Source: an uncultured bacterium (lineage in GTDB: Bacteria; GCA-001730085). Taken from it: a DNA stretch of 32,000 bases. A model generated the notes under the pieces. It did not search any database and was not told the DNA's origin. It saw only the letters and a program-made list of their open reading frames with translations. The DNA lies in the NCBI GenBank assembly GCA_964565945.1, contig CAZMGY010000012.1, positions 90,001 through 122,000 on the forward strand, written 5' to 3'. Within the stretch, counting starts at the first letter, position 1; the number at the start of each line of letters is the position of its first letter. A program made the translations under genes and the position numbers. Positions 31,833-32,000 of this stretch are shown here, piece by piece.

Positions 31833-31890
31833 AATACCCCCCCCCTCCCCGTTGATTGATTTTATCAACCGGGAGGGGGGGGTATTTTTT
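31833..31890 (+). terminator. Strong G/C-homopolymer hairpin followed by T6 (intrinsic-terminator-like on the + strand)
   Basis: AATA-C9-T-CCCC-GTTGAT (31833-31856), 7-nt loop tgatttt, then ATCAAC-C-GGG-A-G8-TATT (31864-31886), then TTTTTT ending at 31890. On the - strand the stem is followed by an A-rich rather than T-rich tract. Confidence 0.5.
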
Positions 31891-31903
31891 ATCTGGTATG
31901 CGA

Positions 31904-32000
31904 TTAACGTTGAATGATTACACGGCGGATCACAACATTGTTCAAAGGACGGTTTTGACGGCCAGTAGGTACGGAACCAATTGATTGCAGCGTTTGGTTT
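31904..32000 (-). CDS. 3' end of an unidentified - strand gene (last 31 codons plus stop)
   Basis: The frame is open from the window edge: ...NQTLQSIGSVPTGRQNRPLNNVVIRRVIIQR*, with stop TAA at 31906-31904. GC content returns to core-genome level here. I do not recognise the product. Confidence 0.35.
   Translation of the reverse strand, partial: NQTLQSIGSVPTGRQNRPLNNVVIRRVIIQR

Noticed and set aside
1-32000. Search for CRISPR arrays, rRNA and long direct DNA repeats
   Set aside because: No regularly spaced direct repeats of 25-40 bp and no rRNA-like conserved blocks were seen. The only DNA-level repeats are the short ones reported above.

Overview
32 kb chromosomal segment from a moderately AT-rich bacterium that I cannot identify from sequence alone. 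No rRNA, tRNA or CRISPR array was recognised.

Layout:
- 1-23.9 kb: one unbroken + strand string of mostly housekeeping and cell-envelope genes. In order: Ski2/HelY-like helicase 3' end, SpoIID-domain protein, queA, FHA-GGDEF, comEA-like, rpsO, pnp, uppP, ftsK, rodZ-like, pgsA, pgpA, a 1622-aa secreted repeat protein, a pseudopilin-like protein, pfkA, a small lipoprotein, a TPR+SPOR protein, miaA, two sugar-ABC permeases and a polytopic membrane protein.
- 23.9-29.7 kb: - strand, converging on the block above. It carries typA, then a separately promoted ABC-ATPase gene followed by two tandem TM-GAF-GGDEF cyclases.
- 29.75-31.9 kb: visibly more AT-rich. It holds two decayed IS1380-family transposase remnants flanking a lipoprotein gene, a G/C-homopolymer hairpin, and the 3' end of an unidentified - strand gene.

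Most unusual locus: 12.4-18.4 kb. It has a 330-bp intergenic region with nested AT-rich palindromes over a predicted promoter. This is followed by a giant secreted protein of about 8 diverged Fn3-like modules, three of which carry Ca-loop-like insertions. Next comes a pseudopilin-like gene that lacks the canonical Glu+5.

Secondary points:
- The window is rich in c-di-GMP genes: three GGDEF proteins, two with an I-site and one without.
- The ABC ATPase is split from its permeases and sits in an apparent operon with the cyclases.
- A C9 tract lies between the SD and the ATG of that ATPase.

All calls rest on reading the translations and DNA by eye. No database search was run.
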